The translations under genes were made by a program, and so were the position numbers. DNA of 64,000 bases from Clostridiaceae bacterium BRH_c20a (lineage in GTDB: Bacteria; Bacillota; Peptococcia; Peptococcales; BICA1-8): assembly GCA_000961765.1 (NCBI GenBank), contig LADT01000042.1, positions 40,907 through 104,906 on the forward strand. Direction: 5' to 3'. The notes under the pieces were generated by a model, which was given only the letters and a program-made list of their open reading frames with translations, did not search any database and was not told where the DNA came from. Positions 19,456 through 28,119 of the stretch are shown piece by piece (the first letter of the stretch is position 1; each line of letters starts with the position of its first letter).

Positions 19456-20717
19456 TATTTGTTTTTATATGCCAACTGGCGAATGGCCTCTGCCAATACT
19501 GTCACCCCTGCCATGCATTGACTAGGGGATGTATACTCTTCCCCGCAATGGCTTCTGCCCCCAGTGCTGGGTACGAAGAGCATGCCGATTGGGGCAAAAC
19601 GAGCCGCCATAATGGCATCGTGCCCGGCACCACTAACCATTTCATGATAGTCAAGTCCGGCCTTACGAGCCGCCTCAGCTAAAATATCCCTTAATATTGG
19701 ACTACAAGGCACCGGTTCCACCGCCAGTATATTTTTCCATTCCACTAGTACGCCCGTTTGGGCTGCTACTTTTAGGGTCTCTTCCTCCAATTGACTATAC
19801 AAACCCTTTAGTTTTTTGGGATCAGGGTCCCGCATATCAATGGTAAAAACCGTCTCAGCGGCCACAACATTTACAGCCCCGGGGTTAGCTGAGATTCTGC
19901 CTACAGTAAATACGGTATCTCCCCCGGACTGTCGGACACATAAATCCATGGCCCCAATCATCTTGGCCGCGGCCAATAAAGCATCATGCCGCATTCCCAT
20001 GGGCGTAGTGCCCGCATGGTCACTGCGTCCCCTGATAGTGAGTTCTGCCTGTCTCATGCCCGTTATACCACTTACTATACCTATTGGACAACCCTTGGCT
20101 TCGAGTACGGGCCCTTGTTCAATGTGCAGTTCCAAAAAGGCTTCTACATCCGATCGTGGGGTAGAACCGGAAGGGGAGAGACTATAGCCAAATGCTTGAG
20201 CAGCGGCTTTCAGGGAAATACCGTTTTCATCCACTTTAACTAACTCTTTTTCTTCCAAATCACCGGCCATCCATTTACTGCCCATAAGACCGCTGAACCT
20301 GCTGCCCTCCTCGCCGATAAAGGCGATAACTTCAATAGGATTCTGCGGTCGGCCATAGGTTTTCAGCAGGTAGCCTGCTGCAATTATGCCACCTGCAACA
20401 CCCAGCATCCCATCATATATTCCTCCACCTCTAACTGTGTCAAGGTGTGAACCCATTGTGACAGCCCGGGCCTGGTTGTCTGTACCCTCAATACGGCCAA
20501 TTATGTTGCCAATACCGTCCTTTTTCACCTCAAAGCCGTGTTCTTTCATCCAGCCCGCTACAAGATTGGCCGCCTCCTCATATTCCTGAGTATAGGGGCT
20601 ACGCCACAGGCCAAATTCTCCAATGCCAACCTTTCCTAGTTCCTGCAGATAACTGGAAAGCAAAACTTCATACCCATGTGAATTGAGCTTTTGTAAATCT
20701 TTAGATATTTTCATCAA
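19452..20717 (-). CDS. M20 amidase of the hydantoinase/carbamoylase family (N-carbamoyl-amino-acid / beta-ureidopropionate / allantoate amidohydrolase type)
   Basis: 421 aa. Contains MGSHLDTVRGGGIYDGMLGV, IGEEGSRF and GRSDHAGTTPM. A 4-nt overlap links it to the downstream OCD gene. Confidence 0.8.
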   Translation of the reverse strand: MMKISKDLQKLNSHGYEVLLSSYLQELGKVGIGEFGLWRSPYTQEYEEAANLVAGWMKEHGFEVKKDGIGNIIGRIEGTDNQARAVTMGSHLDTVRGGGIYDGMLGVAGGIIAAGYLLKTYGRPQNPIEVIAFIGEEGSRFSGLMGSKWMAGDLEEKELVKVDENGISLKAAAQAFGYSLSPSGSTPRSDVEAFLELHIEQGPVLEAKGCPIGIVSGITGMRQAELTIRGRSDHAGTTPMGMRHDALLAAAKMIGAMDLCVRQSGGDTVFTVGRISANPGAVNVVAAETVFTIDMRDPDPKKLKGLYSQLEEETLKVAAQTGVLVEWKNILAVEPVPCSPILRDILAEAARKAGLDYHEMVSGAGHDAIMAARFAPIGMLFVPSTGGRSHCGEEYTSPSQCMAGVTVLAEAIRQLAYKNKY

Positions 20718-20720
20718 GTG

Positions 20721-21467
20721 CTAACCTCCCTGAAAAATTCCAAGCCCCTTTTTTAAGCTATCCATTAAGGCACAATCGGGAGCAGAGCCAGTATCTCGCA
20801 AACCTAAAATATCGAGAAATGCCCAGAAAATAGCTAGATTGGTAGAAACCACTGGGATGCCCAGGTCGTGCTCCAAGGGAGCTATTACTTCTAAGGTCCG
20901 TAAGTCTGTGGCCAGGATGCAGAGAGCATCAGCCCCTTTAAAACCCATAGCCCTAGCTTCCCGGTAGAGGCTTTCCGGGGTTACCCTTGTTACTGCATGA
21001 TAATCATCAATATCCAAACTTTTTAAGGCCACCGGGTTTAGACCCCATTCCTGAAAGTAAGGGGCTACAAGAGGCTGAATTGTAGAAGGATAAGGTGTAA
21101 GCACAGCCACATTTTTGGCCTGAAGCTCAATCAAGGCTTTGGCAGTGCATTGGGCGGCAGTAATCAATTCCACTCCCTGCCCCTGTATACGCTCCTGAAA
21201 GGAGCAATCCCACTGTTTTCCTTTGACCAGGCTGGTTGACATGCAGGCATAGACAATAACGTCCACCTGGGAAAGAGCAAGTTCACCAGTACCACGGGAA
21301 GCCTGGGTTTCCATGCGGTTCAAAGCTTCTGAATTAAAGGCTCCCTCCACAATCATTCGTGTGGCAAAAGCCGCCGCCCCTTCAGGTAAGACTTTACTCA
21401 TTTCGGGTTCAATAATAGTATTATTGGCAGGAATCAAAAGACCAAGTTTACCTCTCCACCCGTACAT
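20721..21467 (-). CDS. Asp/Glu/hydantoin-racemase superfamily enzyme (maleate-isomerase / arylmalonate-decarboxylase-like)
   Basis: About 248 aa from MYGWRGKLGLLIPANNTIIEPE (RBS GAAAGGA). Two candidate catalytic Cys (VYACMSTS; ALCILATDL) sit at the spacing known for maleate isomerase. Confidence 0.7.
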   Translation of the reverse strand: MYGWRGKLGLLIPANNTIIEPEMSKVLPEGAAAFATRMIVEGAFNSEALNRMETQASRGTGELALSQVDVIVYACMSTSLVKGKQWDCSFQERIQGQGVELITAAQCTAKALIELQAKNVAVLTPYPSTIQPLVAPYFQEWGLNPVALKSLDIDDYHAVTRVTPESLYREARAMGFKGADALCILATDLRTLEVIAPLEHDLGIPVVSTNLAIFWAFLDILGLRDTGSAPDCALMDSLKKGLGIFQGG

Positions 21468-21547
21468 TTTAACTATCATCCTTTCACTATGCCCAAGGCA
21501 CAAAAACTAATGATGTCATCTCATTCTCAATTCTCCATTTTCAATTT

Positions 21548-22912
21548 TCAATTCCTAGAAACACTCTCTCCGTAACCGGGTTTTACAATTATAGTGCCGC
21601 TGTCATATACCCATTTCCCCCGGACCATGGTTTTCTCAACCCTACCCTGGAGTGTTACTCCCTCAAAAGGAGTCCATTTCGATTTGCCCAGCAGTGCCTT
21701 TCCTTGGACCTTCAAACTGACCCTAGGGTCAACTATGGCTAGGTCAGCATCTACCCCCGCAGCTATGGTCCCCTTGCGGGGGTAAAGGCCTAGCCAACGG
21801 GCAGGCTGTTCAGACATAAGGTTGACGATATTCTCTATGGTAATTCTTCCTCGACTGGCGGCATCCAGCATTAGGGGCAAAGCTGTTTCTAAGGTGGGGA
21901 CACCACTGGCCCCTTTCCAGATATCCTCTTTTCCTGCTATCTTTTCTTCCCAGCTATGGGGTGCATGATCTCCGCCAATCATGTCGATTGTGCCATCAAC
22001 AAGCTCGGTCCACAGAGCTTTAACCATGTCTGCTTCCCTAAGAGGCGGAGCCATCTTAGCTGCCGGTCCTAAACGAAGCATGTCATCGGTGTTCAGAAAA
22101 AGATGATGGGGATTTACTTCGATCTTAATATCTGCCAAAGACTTTAAAGCTTTATAAGCTTTTATTACGTTAAGTGCCTCCATTGTGCTTATCTGCCGAA
22201 ATAGAAGCCGGACATTTGTTACCCTAGCTATTTGAGTGATGCGGGCCACCTCGGCAGCTTCCGCCACCGGTGGTCTGGCCTGTACCCAGGCCAGGGGATC
22301 TATCCGGCCACTATTTTGTAAGTGCTCTGTTTCGGCAGCAACTATGCTGGCATCGGTGGCATAAACAGCCACCGGCAGTCCCAGCTGGACCGCGTTCCTA
22401 AAAATTTGCAAGTAATGGGCTCCATCTCTAACCAACCACCCCTCAGGTACATCGCAGGCAGCAACATCCAAGATAATGGCTCCTGCATTTTTTAGAGCTA
22501 CCAAATTTTTGATGTTTTGAGGGGTCACTTGGGCACTCACCCCAAAGTCAACTACACAACGGTCCTGACCCAATTCCAGTAAATTCCTGATACTGGCGCT
22601 ATCGACAGCAGGGGGAGACGTATTAGGCTGTGCCACCACAGTTCCATACCCCCCGGCCGCAGCTGCACAGGTCCCGGTGTAGAAATCCTCCTTTTGGGTA
22701 TAGCCGGGGTCCCGCAGGTGTACATGTGTATCAACTAGAGCAGGAATTACCAGTTTACCCTCGGCATTATAATAGCCGTCAGCTTCCGGCACATTTGAAC
22801 AGTCGGAAATAGCAATGATACGGCCGTTCTTAATGGCGAGATTGGCTTTACCCCTCCAGGAGGAGGTTACTACCTCTCCATTCATCACCACATAATCAAA
22901 CAAACCTGTCAC
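21548..22912 (-). CDS. Cyclic amidohydrolase (dihydroorotase / dihydropyrimidinase / allantoinase-like)
   Basis: 454 aa. The metal motif VDTHVHLRDPG and ...AQPNTSP parallel the operon-encoded PyrC (IDMHVHLREPG...MPNTNP), but the protein is longer and divergent. Confidence 0.8.
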   Translation of the reverse strand: MTGLFDYVVMNGEVVTSSWRGKANLAIKNGRIIAISDCSNVPEADGYYNAEGKLVIPALVDTHVHLRDPGYTQKEDFYTGTCAAAAGGYGTVVAQPNTSPPAVDSASIRNLLELGQDRCVVDFGVSAQVTPQNIKNLVALKNAGAIILDVAACDVPEGWLVRDGAHYLQIFRNAVQLGLPVAVYATDASIVAAETEHLQNSGRIDPLAWVQARPPVAEAAEVARITQIARVTNVRLLFRQISTMEALNVIKAYKALKSLADIKIEVNPHHLFLNTDDMLRLGPAAKMAPPLREADMVKALWTELVDGTIDMIGGDHAPHSWEEKIAGKEDIWKGASGVPTLETALPLMLDAASRGRITIENIVNLMSEQPARWLGLYPRKGTIAAGVDADLAIVDPRVSLKVQGKALLGKSKWTPFEGVTLQGRVEKTMVRGKWVYDSGTIIVKPGYGESVSRN

Positions 22913-22970
22913 CCCTTCTTGAAACTAATATTCATGCTGCAATTATCTTACATCTCAGCTTTTTCTTTAA

Positions 22971-24269
22971 TTACCTGGTTATGCCCACGCTATCAGGATA
23001 GGTAATGCTAGGCAGATAAAGGGTCAATTCTGGCCAGTAGGTGATTAAAAGCAGGGCAATGAGAGTTACAGCTATAAAAGGCAGTACTGCTGGAATTATC
23101 TTGACCATAGGCACTTTGGTAACACCTGTAGCAACAAATAAGTTTAAGCCAAAGGGCGGTGTATACATACCAATTGCTAGATTTGCCGTCAGCACAACAC
23201 CCAGATGAACGGGGTTAATGCCCATTTTCATTGCCATTGGATAAATCAAAGGAGCAAGAATGGTAACCGCCGCCGCTCCATCCATAAACATCCCGGCAAC
23301 TAAAAAGAGAACGTTGATAGACAACCAGAAGACTATCTGAGTGGTATTGGGACCCAGCATCATTTCTGCTAAGAGCTGCGGGGCCTGGTTAACGGTAAGA
23401 ACCCAGCCAAAAACTGAAGCTCCAGCTACCAAAACCATGACACCCGCCAGGGTTATAGTGGACTCGAGAGCCGTTTCTAGCAGAGACTTCCAAGTGAACT
23501 CCTTGTAAACATACATCCCCACGAAGGCAGCATATACAGCCGAGACACCGGCTGACTCTGTGGGAGTAAAGACCCCTGTATAAATTCCACCGAGAATTAT
23601 AAAAGGAACTCCAAGAGCCCAAGCCGCATCCTTACCTGTCCGAACAATTTCCTTTAAGCTAAAATGTGAATCAGGCTGGCGCTTTCCTTTGACGGCTACA
23701 TAATAGGAGTAGGCTAGGATAGAAATTCCGAATATTATACCGGGTATAATGCCAGCCACAAATAAGGCGCCGATGGAAACTCCAGTAACCGTACCATAAA
23801 CTATCAGAGTTATGCTGGGGGGAATTAGAATAGCTACAGCACCGCTAGCAGTAATCAAACCAACGGCAAAGGCACTGTCATATCCCTTTTTTGTCATTTC
23901 GGGATACATAAACCCGCCCATGGCGGCAACAGTGGCTGGGCTTGAACCAGAAAGGGCTCCAAAAAACATACAAGCCAACTGGGTAGTAAGAGCCAGACCC
24001 CCACGCATAAAACCAGCTAAGCAGAGGGTAAACTCCAAAAGCCTTTGGGCAATACCTCCTCTACGCATTATGTCTGCAGCAAAAATAAAAAAGGGCATAG
24101 CCATCAAGGAAAACTTATCAATTCCGGCAAACATCCGCTGAGCCACAACGGAGGTTGGTATATCACTACCAAAGATTAATGCCAAAAGAGGGGCAAAGGA
24201 TAGTGCGATAAAAATAGGCACCCTAGCAAAAAGCATGAAAAAAAGAACCAAAAGCATAGAAAGAATCAT
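22971..24269 (-). CDS. TRAP transporter large permease subunit (DctM family), system 2
   Basis: 432 aa polytopic protein. Paralog of 2016-3293 and contiguous with a DctQ-like ORF. Confidence 0.9.
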   Translation of the reverse strand: MILSMLLVLFFMLFARVPIFIALSFAPLLALIFGSDIPTSVVAQRMFAGIDKFSLMAMPFFIFAADIMRRGGIAQRLLEFTLCLAGFMRGGLALTTQLACMFFGALSGSSPATVAAMGGFMYPEMTKKGYDSAFAVGLITASGAVAILIPPSITLIVYGTVTGVSIGALFVAGIIPGIIFGISILAYSYYVAVKGKRQPDSHFSLKEIVRTGKDAAWALGVPFIILGGIYTGVFTPTESAGVSAVYAAFVGMYVYKEFTWKSLLETALESTITLAGVMVLVAGASVFGWVLTVNQAPQLLAEMMLGPNTTQIVFWLSINVLFLVAGMFMDGAAAVTILAPLIYPMAMKMGINPVHLGVVLTANLAIGMYTPPFGLNLFVATGVTKVPMVKIIPAVLPFIAVTLIALLLITYWPELTLYLPSITYPDSVGITR

Positions 24270-24755
24270 TTACTGCTCCCCTCCTTCTTTAAAAGTTAAG
24301 TAAAAATGCTGAGAAAATCTAAGAGCTCCCAGACCAAAGCCCAGCGGCAGACAAAAGTACACCAAGTAAAAAGGCAGTTGTAAGGCAGGTGATTTCTGGG
24401 CTGTAGCCATCTGCTTACTCACCGTCTCAAAGCTGTAAAAAATCATCATTACACAAAAAACAATAGAGACCAGGTCAGCAAATAAAGTCATGTACCTCTG
24501 ATTCTTCTTGCTGAGAAATGCGGCAAAAAAATCGATGCTGACATGGGCATTCTTACGGGCATTGAGACCGATCCCAATAAAAGTAGCCCAAATAATAAGA
24601 TAGCGGATTAATTCTTCAGACCAAGGCAAACCCGCTTTAAAGACATAACGCAGAACCACGTTAATAAACATCAGCGCTGTGGCTAGTATAAAGCCCAGCG
24701 AACAAAACCATTCTTCAGCTTTGCCAATTAAAGTGTTAAGCTTTTCCATGGACAT
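24270..24755 (-). CDS. TRAP transporter small permease subunit (DctQ family), system 2
   Basis: 161 aa, 4 TM, positioned between the DctP-like and DctM-like genes. Confidence 0.8.
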   Translation of the reverse strand: MSMEKLNTLIGKAEEWFCSLGFILATALMFINVVLRYVFKAGLPWSEELIRYLIIWATFIGIGLNARKNAHVSIDFFAAFLSKKNQRYMTLFADLVSIVFCVMMIFYSFETVSKQMATAQKSPALQLPFYLVYFCLPLGFGLGALRFSQHFYLTFKEGGEQ

Positions 24756-24860
24756 ACCACCTTGTTGTTTTGAATTTTAATTTTTTTAAAAAAGGAGAGG
24801 CTCCTTCTGGCAGCCCCTCCCTGGAGGTCTTAATGGCATGATTCAATTCTTGGCTTCCTA

Positions 24861-25928
24861 TTATTTATTGGCTTCCTCAGCGGCTTTCTGGAGCTCAGTT
24901 ACCATATCTGCGCCAACGCGGCCGGAAACGAACTCAACAACAGGCTTGGAGGCAGCTTGGAAAGCCGTAAGTTCTTGCTCACTTGGAACGTATACTTCCA
25001 TCTTGTTCTTTTTCAGTTCTTCCAGCCACTTATCGGAGTTGGTCTTCATCTCTTCCCACTCGGACTTGGAAGCGAATATAGCAGCCTCACTAACATTCTT
25101 CTGAATATCTGCAGGCAGTCCGTCAAACCACTGCTTGTTGGCTACAGTAATATACAAGAAGGGAGCGTGGTTGGTCACGGTTACAACCTTCTGAACTTCC
25201 CAAAGCTTCAGCATGACAAGAGTCTGAAAGCCGTTCTCTTGCCCATCAACAACTTTTTGCTGGAGAGCGTTGTACATTTCACCGTACTCGATAGGAGTAG
25301 GATTTGCTCCAAAAGCCTTATAGGTCTCAATTAGGATAGGTGCTGGCATAACACGGAACTTCATACCTTTTAAAGCTGCCGGTCCTTTGATGGGGACGTT
25401 GGCTGTCATCTGCTTTAAACCACCGGTTTCCATTCCCAGTGCAACCATACCCTTTTCTTCTAGCCCCTTATTGATTTTAGCTGCGGCAGGACCAAACATA
25501 ACTTCCTGAGCTGCATCCATGTCTTTGAATAAGAAAGGAATATCATAAACCTCTAAGGCTTGGTTAAAGTTAGAAAGCACGGAAGTAGGCTGCTGGGTCA
25601 TTTCGATAGTACCGTTGGCAGCTTGCTCAGCTTGCTCTCTCATCTGTCCCAACTGCATATTGGGGAAAATAGTTACCTGAACCTGACCGTTACTGAGTTC
25701 TTCCACTTTTTGTTTAAAGGCTTCTACGCCGCGATGCTGCGGGCTGTTAGTATCCTGATTATGACCAAATTTAATTTTGTAAGTTTTTGCTTCCTTAGCA
25801 GGCGCCGGGTCAGACTTGGAGTCAGGCGCCGGAGCAGGTGTTGGATCAGGTTTTGAACAACCTGCCAATGCTAAAACTAAGACTGCTACCAAACACACAA
25901 CAATAAGCTTTTTAAAGTTAAACTTCAT
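24861..25928 (-). CDS. TRAP transporter substrate-binding protein (DctP family), lipoprotein, system 2
   Basis: Start trimmed to MKFNFKKLIVV (RBS AGAGGAGGAA). Lipobox LALAGCS, a Pro/Ala-rich linker, then a DctP-like body. Confidence 0.85.
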   Translation of the reverse strand: MKFNFKKLIVVCLVAVLVLALAGCSKPDPTPAPAPDSKSDPAPAKEAKTYKIKFGHNQDTNSPQHRGVEAFKQKVEELSNGQVQVTIFPNMQLGQMREQAEQAANGTIEMTQQPTSVLSNFNQALEVYDIPFLFKDMDAAQEVMFGPAAAKINKGLEEKGMVALGMETGGLKQMTANVPIKGPAALKGMKFRVMPAPILIETYKAFGANPTPIEYGEMYNALQQKVVDGQENGFQTLVMLKLWEVQKVVTVTNHAPFLYITVANKQWFDGLPADIQKNVSEAAIFASKSEWEEMKTNSDKWLEELKKNKMEVYVPSEQELTAFQAASKPVVEFVSGRVGADMVTELQKAAEEANK

Positions 25929-26062
25929 TTTTATTCCTCCTCTTTTTTTCAATCAAATTTTGTTTGTCTTAAATAGGAAAACGCAACACGGGACAGCTTC
26001 CTCTCATCACCTCCTTAAATGACCTGACCTTACTTTACTTAAAAACAAATCCGATGAATTGG

Positions 26063-26974
26063 TCAATTCCGAGTGTGGGCAGCTCCCACTAGGCTGTTAA
26101 CATCTTCTATCCCTTTTTCTTCTAAATATTGTTCAAGCCCTGCTAAAATTTTAGGCGCAGCCATGGGGTCGAAAAAGTTAACTACACCCAACGCCACTGC
26201 CTGAGACCCTGCCAAAAGAAACTCAATGACATCACGGACATTGGCAATTCCCCCCATCCCGATAATGGGTATCTTCACGTTTTGGTATACCTGGTAAACA
26301 AGGGCGACAGCAATGGGACGGATAGCTGGCCCCGAGAGGGCTCCCATCACATTTCCCAAAAATGGCTTTCTTGTTTCTATATCAATCATCATAGCCCTGG
26401 GAGAGTTGATCATAGAGATAGCATCAGCTCCAGCAGCTTCTACAGCCTTGGCAACCTCGATAATATTGGACTGATCAGGGGGAAGCTTGGGGATTAAGGT
26501 CAGCCCTGTTTTCTTTCGGGAAAGAGCTACCACCTTGTAAGCCATATCCTTGTTAGCCCCAAACTGCAGACCTCCTGCCTTCACATTGGGACAGGAAAGG
26601 TTTAATTCAATCCCCGCCAGAAAGCCCAACCCATCACTTAGTTCAACTATCTCGGCATATTCTTCTTCAGTCCGTCCCACAACACTTAAAATAACTGGGG
26701 TCTTAAGTGCTTTAAGCTTAGGTACATCCTCGCTGACAAACATTTCCCAGCCTTTACTGGGTATACCCACTGCGGAAAGGACCCCGGAGGGGGTTTCTGT
26801 TATCCTCGGAGGAGGATTGCCAGGCCAAGAATAAGCCCGGACTGTCTTTGGAACAAAGGCGCCGAGTATATCAGGAGAATAAAGGCTCTCATAATCCAGA
26901 CTATGGCAGCCTGAACCTGTTGTTATGGGATTTTGCATTTTTATTTTACCAATCTTTACGGAAAGATTAACCAT
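26063..26974 (-). CDS. pyrD: Dihydroorotate-dehydrogenase type 1B catalytic-subunit-like flavoenzyme (PyrD-like; possibly an orotate/pyrimidine reductase)
   Basis: Start trimmed to MVNLSVKIGKIKMQNPITTGSG, giving an 8-nt overlap with the pyrK-like stop. Contains the active-site motif IELNLSCPNVKAGG and the FMN-binding tail IIGMGGI. The IGLQNPG-type loop is divergent (VGIPSKG). Confidence 0.75.
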   Translation of the reverse strand: MVNLSVKIGKIKMQNPITTGSGCHSLDYESLYSPDILGAFVPKTVRAYSWPGNPPPRITETPSGVLSAVGIPSKGWEMFVSEDVPKLKALKTPVILSVVGRTEEEYAEIVELSDGLGFLAGIELNLSCPNVKAGGLQFGANKDMAYKVVALSRKKTGLTLIPKLPPDQSNIIEVAKAVEAAGADAISMINSPRAMMIDIETRKPFLGNVMGALSGPAIRPIAVALVYQVYQNVKIPIIGMGGIANVRDVIEFLLAGSQAVALGVVNFFDPMAAPKILAGLEQYLEEKGIEDVNSLVGAAHTRN

Positions 26975-27788
26975 TTGAGACCACCTCCCAGGACAAGAAA
27001 ACAGGTCCTTCTTTACATACCCGCTTATAACACCTGCTCTTCTGATCCTGACCTTGATATAGTTCAACCACACAACCCTGACAGGCTCCTAGTCCGCAGG
27101 CCATATACTGGTCTAGGGATATCTGGGCATTAATTCCCTGCCGGTGAGCCAGGTGGTGGATATTTTTAATTAAACTGCAGGAAGGACAGAAGTCGCATAA
27201 TCCTCCCATATAAATCTGATCCAGCTTGATCTTACCAGCTACCCGTTCCAACTCCTTTGTCATAAATGGACCACATCTCCAGGCACCGTTGTCCGGGTAG
27301 AATAACAATTCACCTTTTCCTTCAAGGAAGCTAAAAGAGTGCAAAAGCTCAGTGTATTTCGAGCTTAGGAAAGCATATACCCCCACTCCCTTTGCTGCAG
27401 CCTGATCAATTAAGGCAGCTAAGGGACCTATGCCTGTATCTCGACCCAAAACCGCAATATTTTTAGCTGAAGCAGGAAGGGTAAAGCCATTACCCAAGGG
27501 GCCCAATATTGAACAAGTATGACCTGGTTCCCAGGTCGTCATAATCTCAGTACCCTGGCCTACAACCTTGTATAGGATATCAATAACCCCTTCTTCCTTA
27601 TAGATTCTCGAGACCGTTAACGGCCTTCTGAACAAAGGATCGGTCTGTTCAGTTAGCCGGAGCATTACAAACTGTCCGGGAACAATGATGCGGGCTATTT
27701 CCGGGCACTCTAATTTAATCAGCCAGAAATTTTCCATAACTTTGCTATTTTCTAATACTTTACCACTGATATCATACTTTTTGTCCAT
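26967..27788 (-). CDS. pyrK: PyrK-like FAD / 2Fe-2S electron-transfer subunit
   Basis: 273 aa. Ferredoxin-reductase fold with the C-terminal motif MACGLGACQGC...C..GPVF. Confidence 0.75.
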   Translation of the reverse strand: MDKKYDISGKVLENSKVMENFWLIKLECPEIARIIVPGQFVMLRLTEQTDPLFRRPLTVSRIYKEEGVIDILYKVVGQGTEIMTTWEPGHTCSILGPLGNGFTLPASAKNIAVLGRDTGIGPLAALIDQAAAKGVGVYAFLSSKYTELLHSFSFLEGKGELLFYPDNGAWRCGPFMTKELERVAGKIKLDQIYMGGLCDFCPSCSLIKNIHHLAHRQGINAQISLDQYMACGLGACQGCVVELYQGQDQKSRCYKRVCKEGPVFLSWEVVSNG

Positions 27789-27846
27789 TTTTTACACCTC
27801 ACCTAAACATTTTTCCTGGCTAACAGCTCTTAGTCAGCCAAGATAA

Positions 27847-28056
27847 TCAAGAACGGCGTAAGCATAAAATAAAATTGCCTCGAGCATCCAGCCTGACCAA
27901 TAAGCCCAGTTCCTCCACATAAGGTTTGACTATGTTTTTAATAAATTCCTGGACCATAGGCTCATTTTCAAAGAGCTCCGCCTGAGGACTAGGAATCCCT
28001 AGGATCTTCTGGGTAATCTCAATTATTTTTGAGCCCTCACTTAGCTGTTCAACCAA
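27847..28056 (-). pseudogene. Remnant of an M20 peptidase gene (N-terminal ~65 codons only)
   Basis: The 69-aa ORF ITQKILGIPSPQAELFENEPMVQEFIKNIVKPYVEELGLLVRLDARGNFILCL aligns without gaps to LTLDLVSRPSTQTDKMEYDPEIKSFISDTLMPELKKRGLNSVELDDMGNLICRV of the M20 at 8920-10101. Like that gene, it lies directly downstream of an AOR gene. Confidence 0.5.
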
Positions 28057-28119
28057 CTCAACAAGATATCCTTCATTTTAACTATCATTCCTTTCGCTAT
28101 CCTCAAGGCCATTGGTTTA

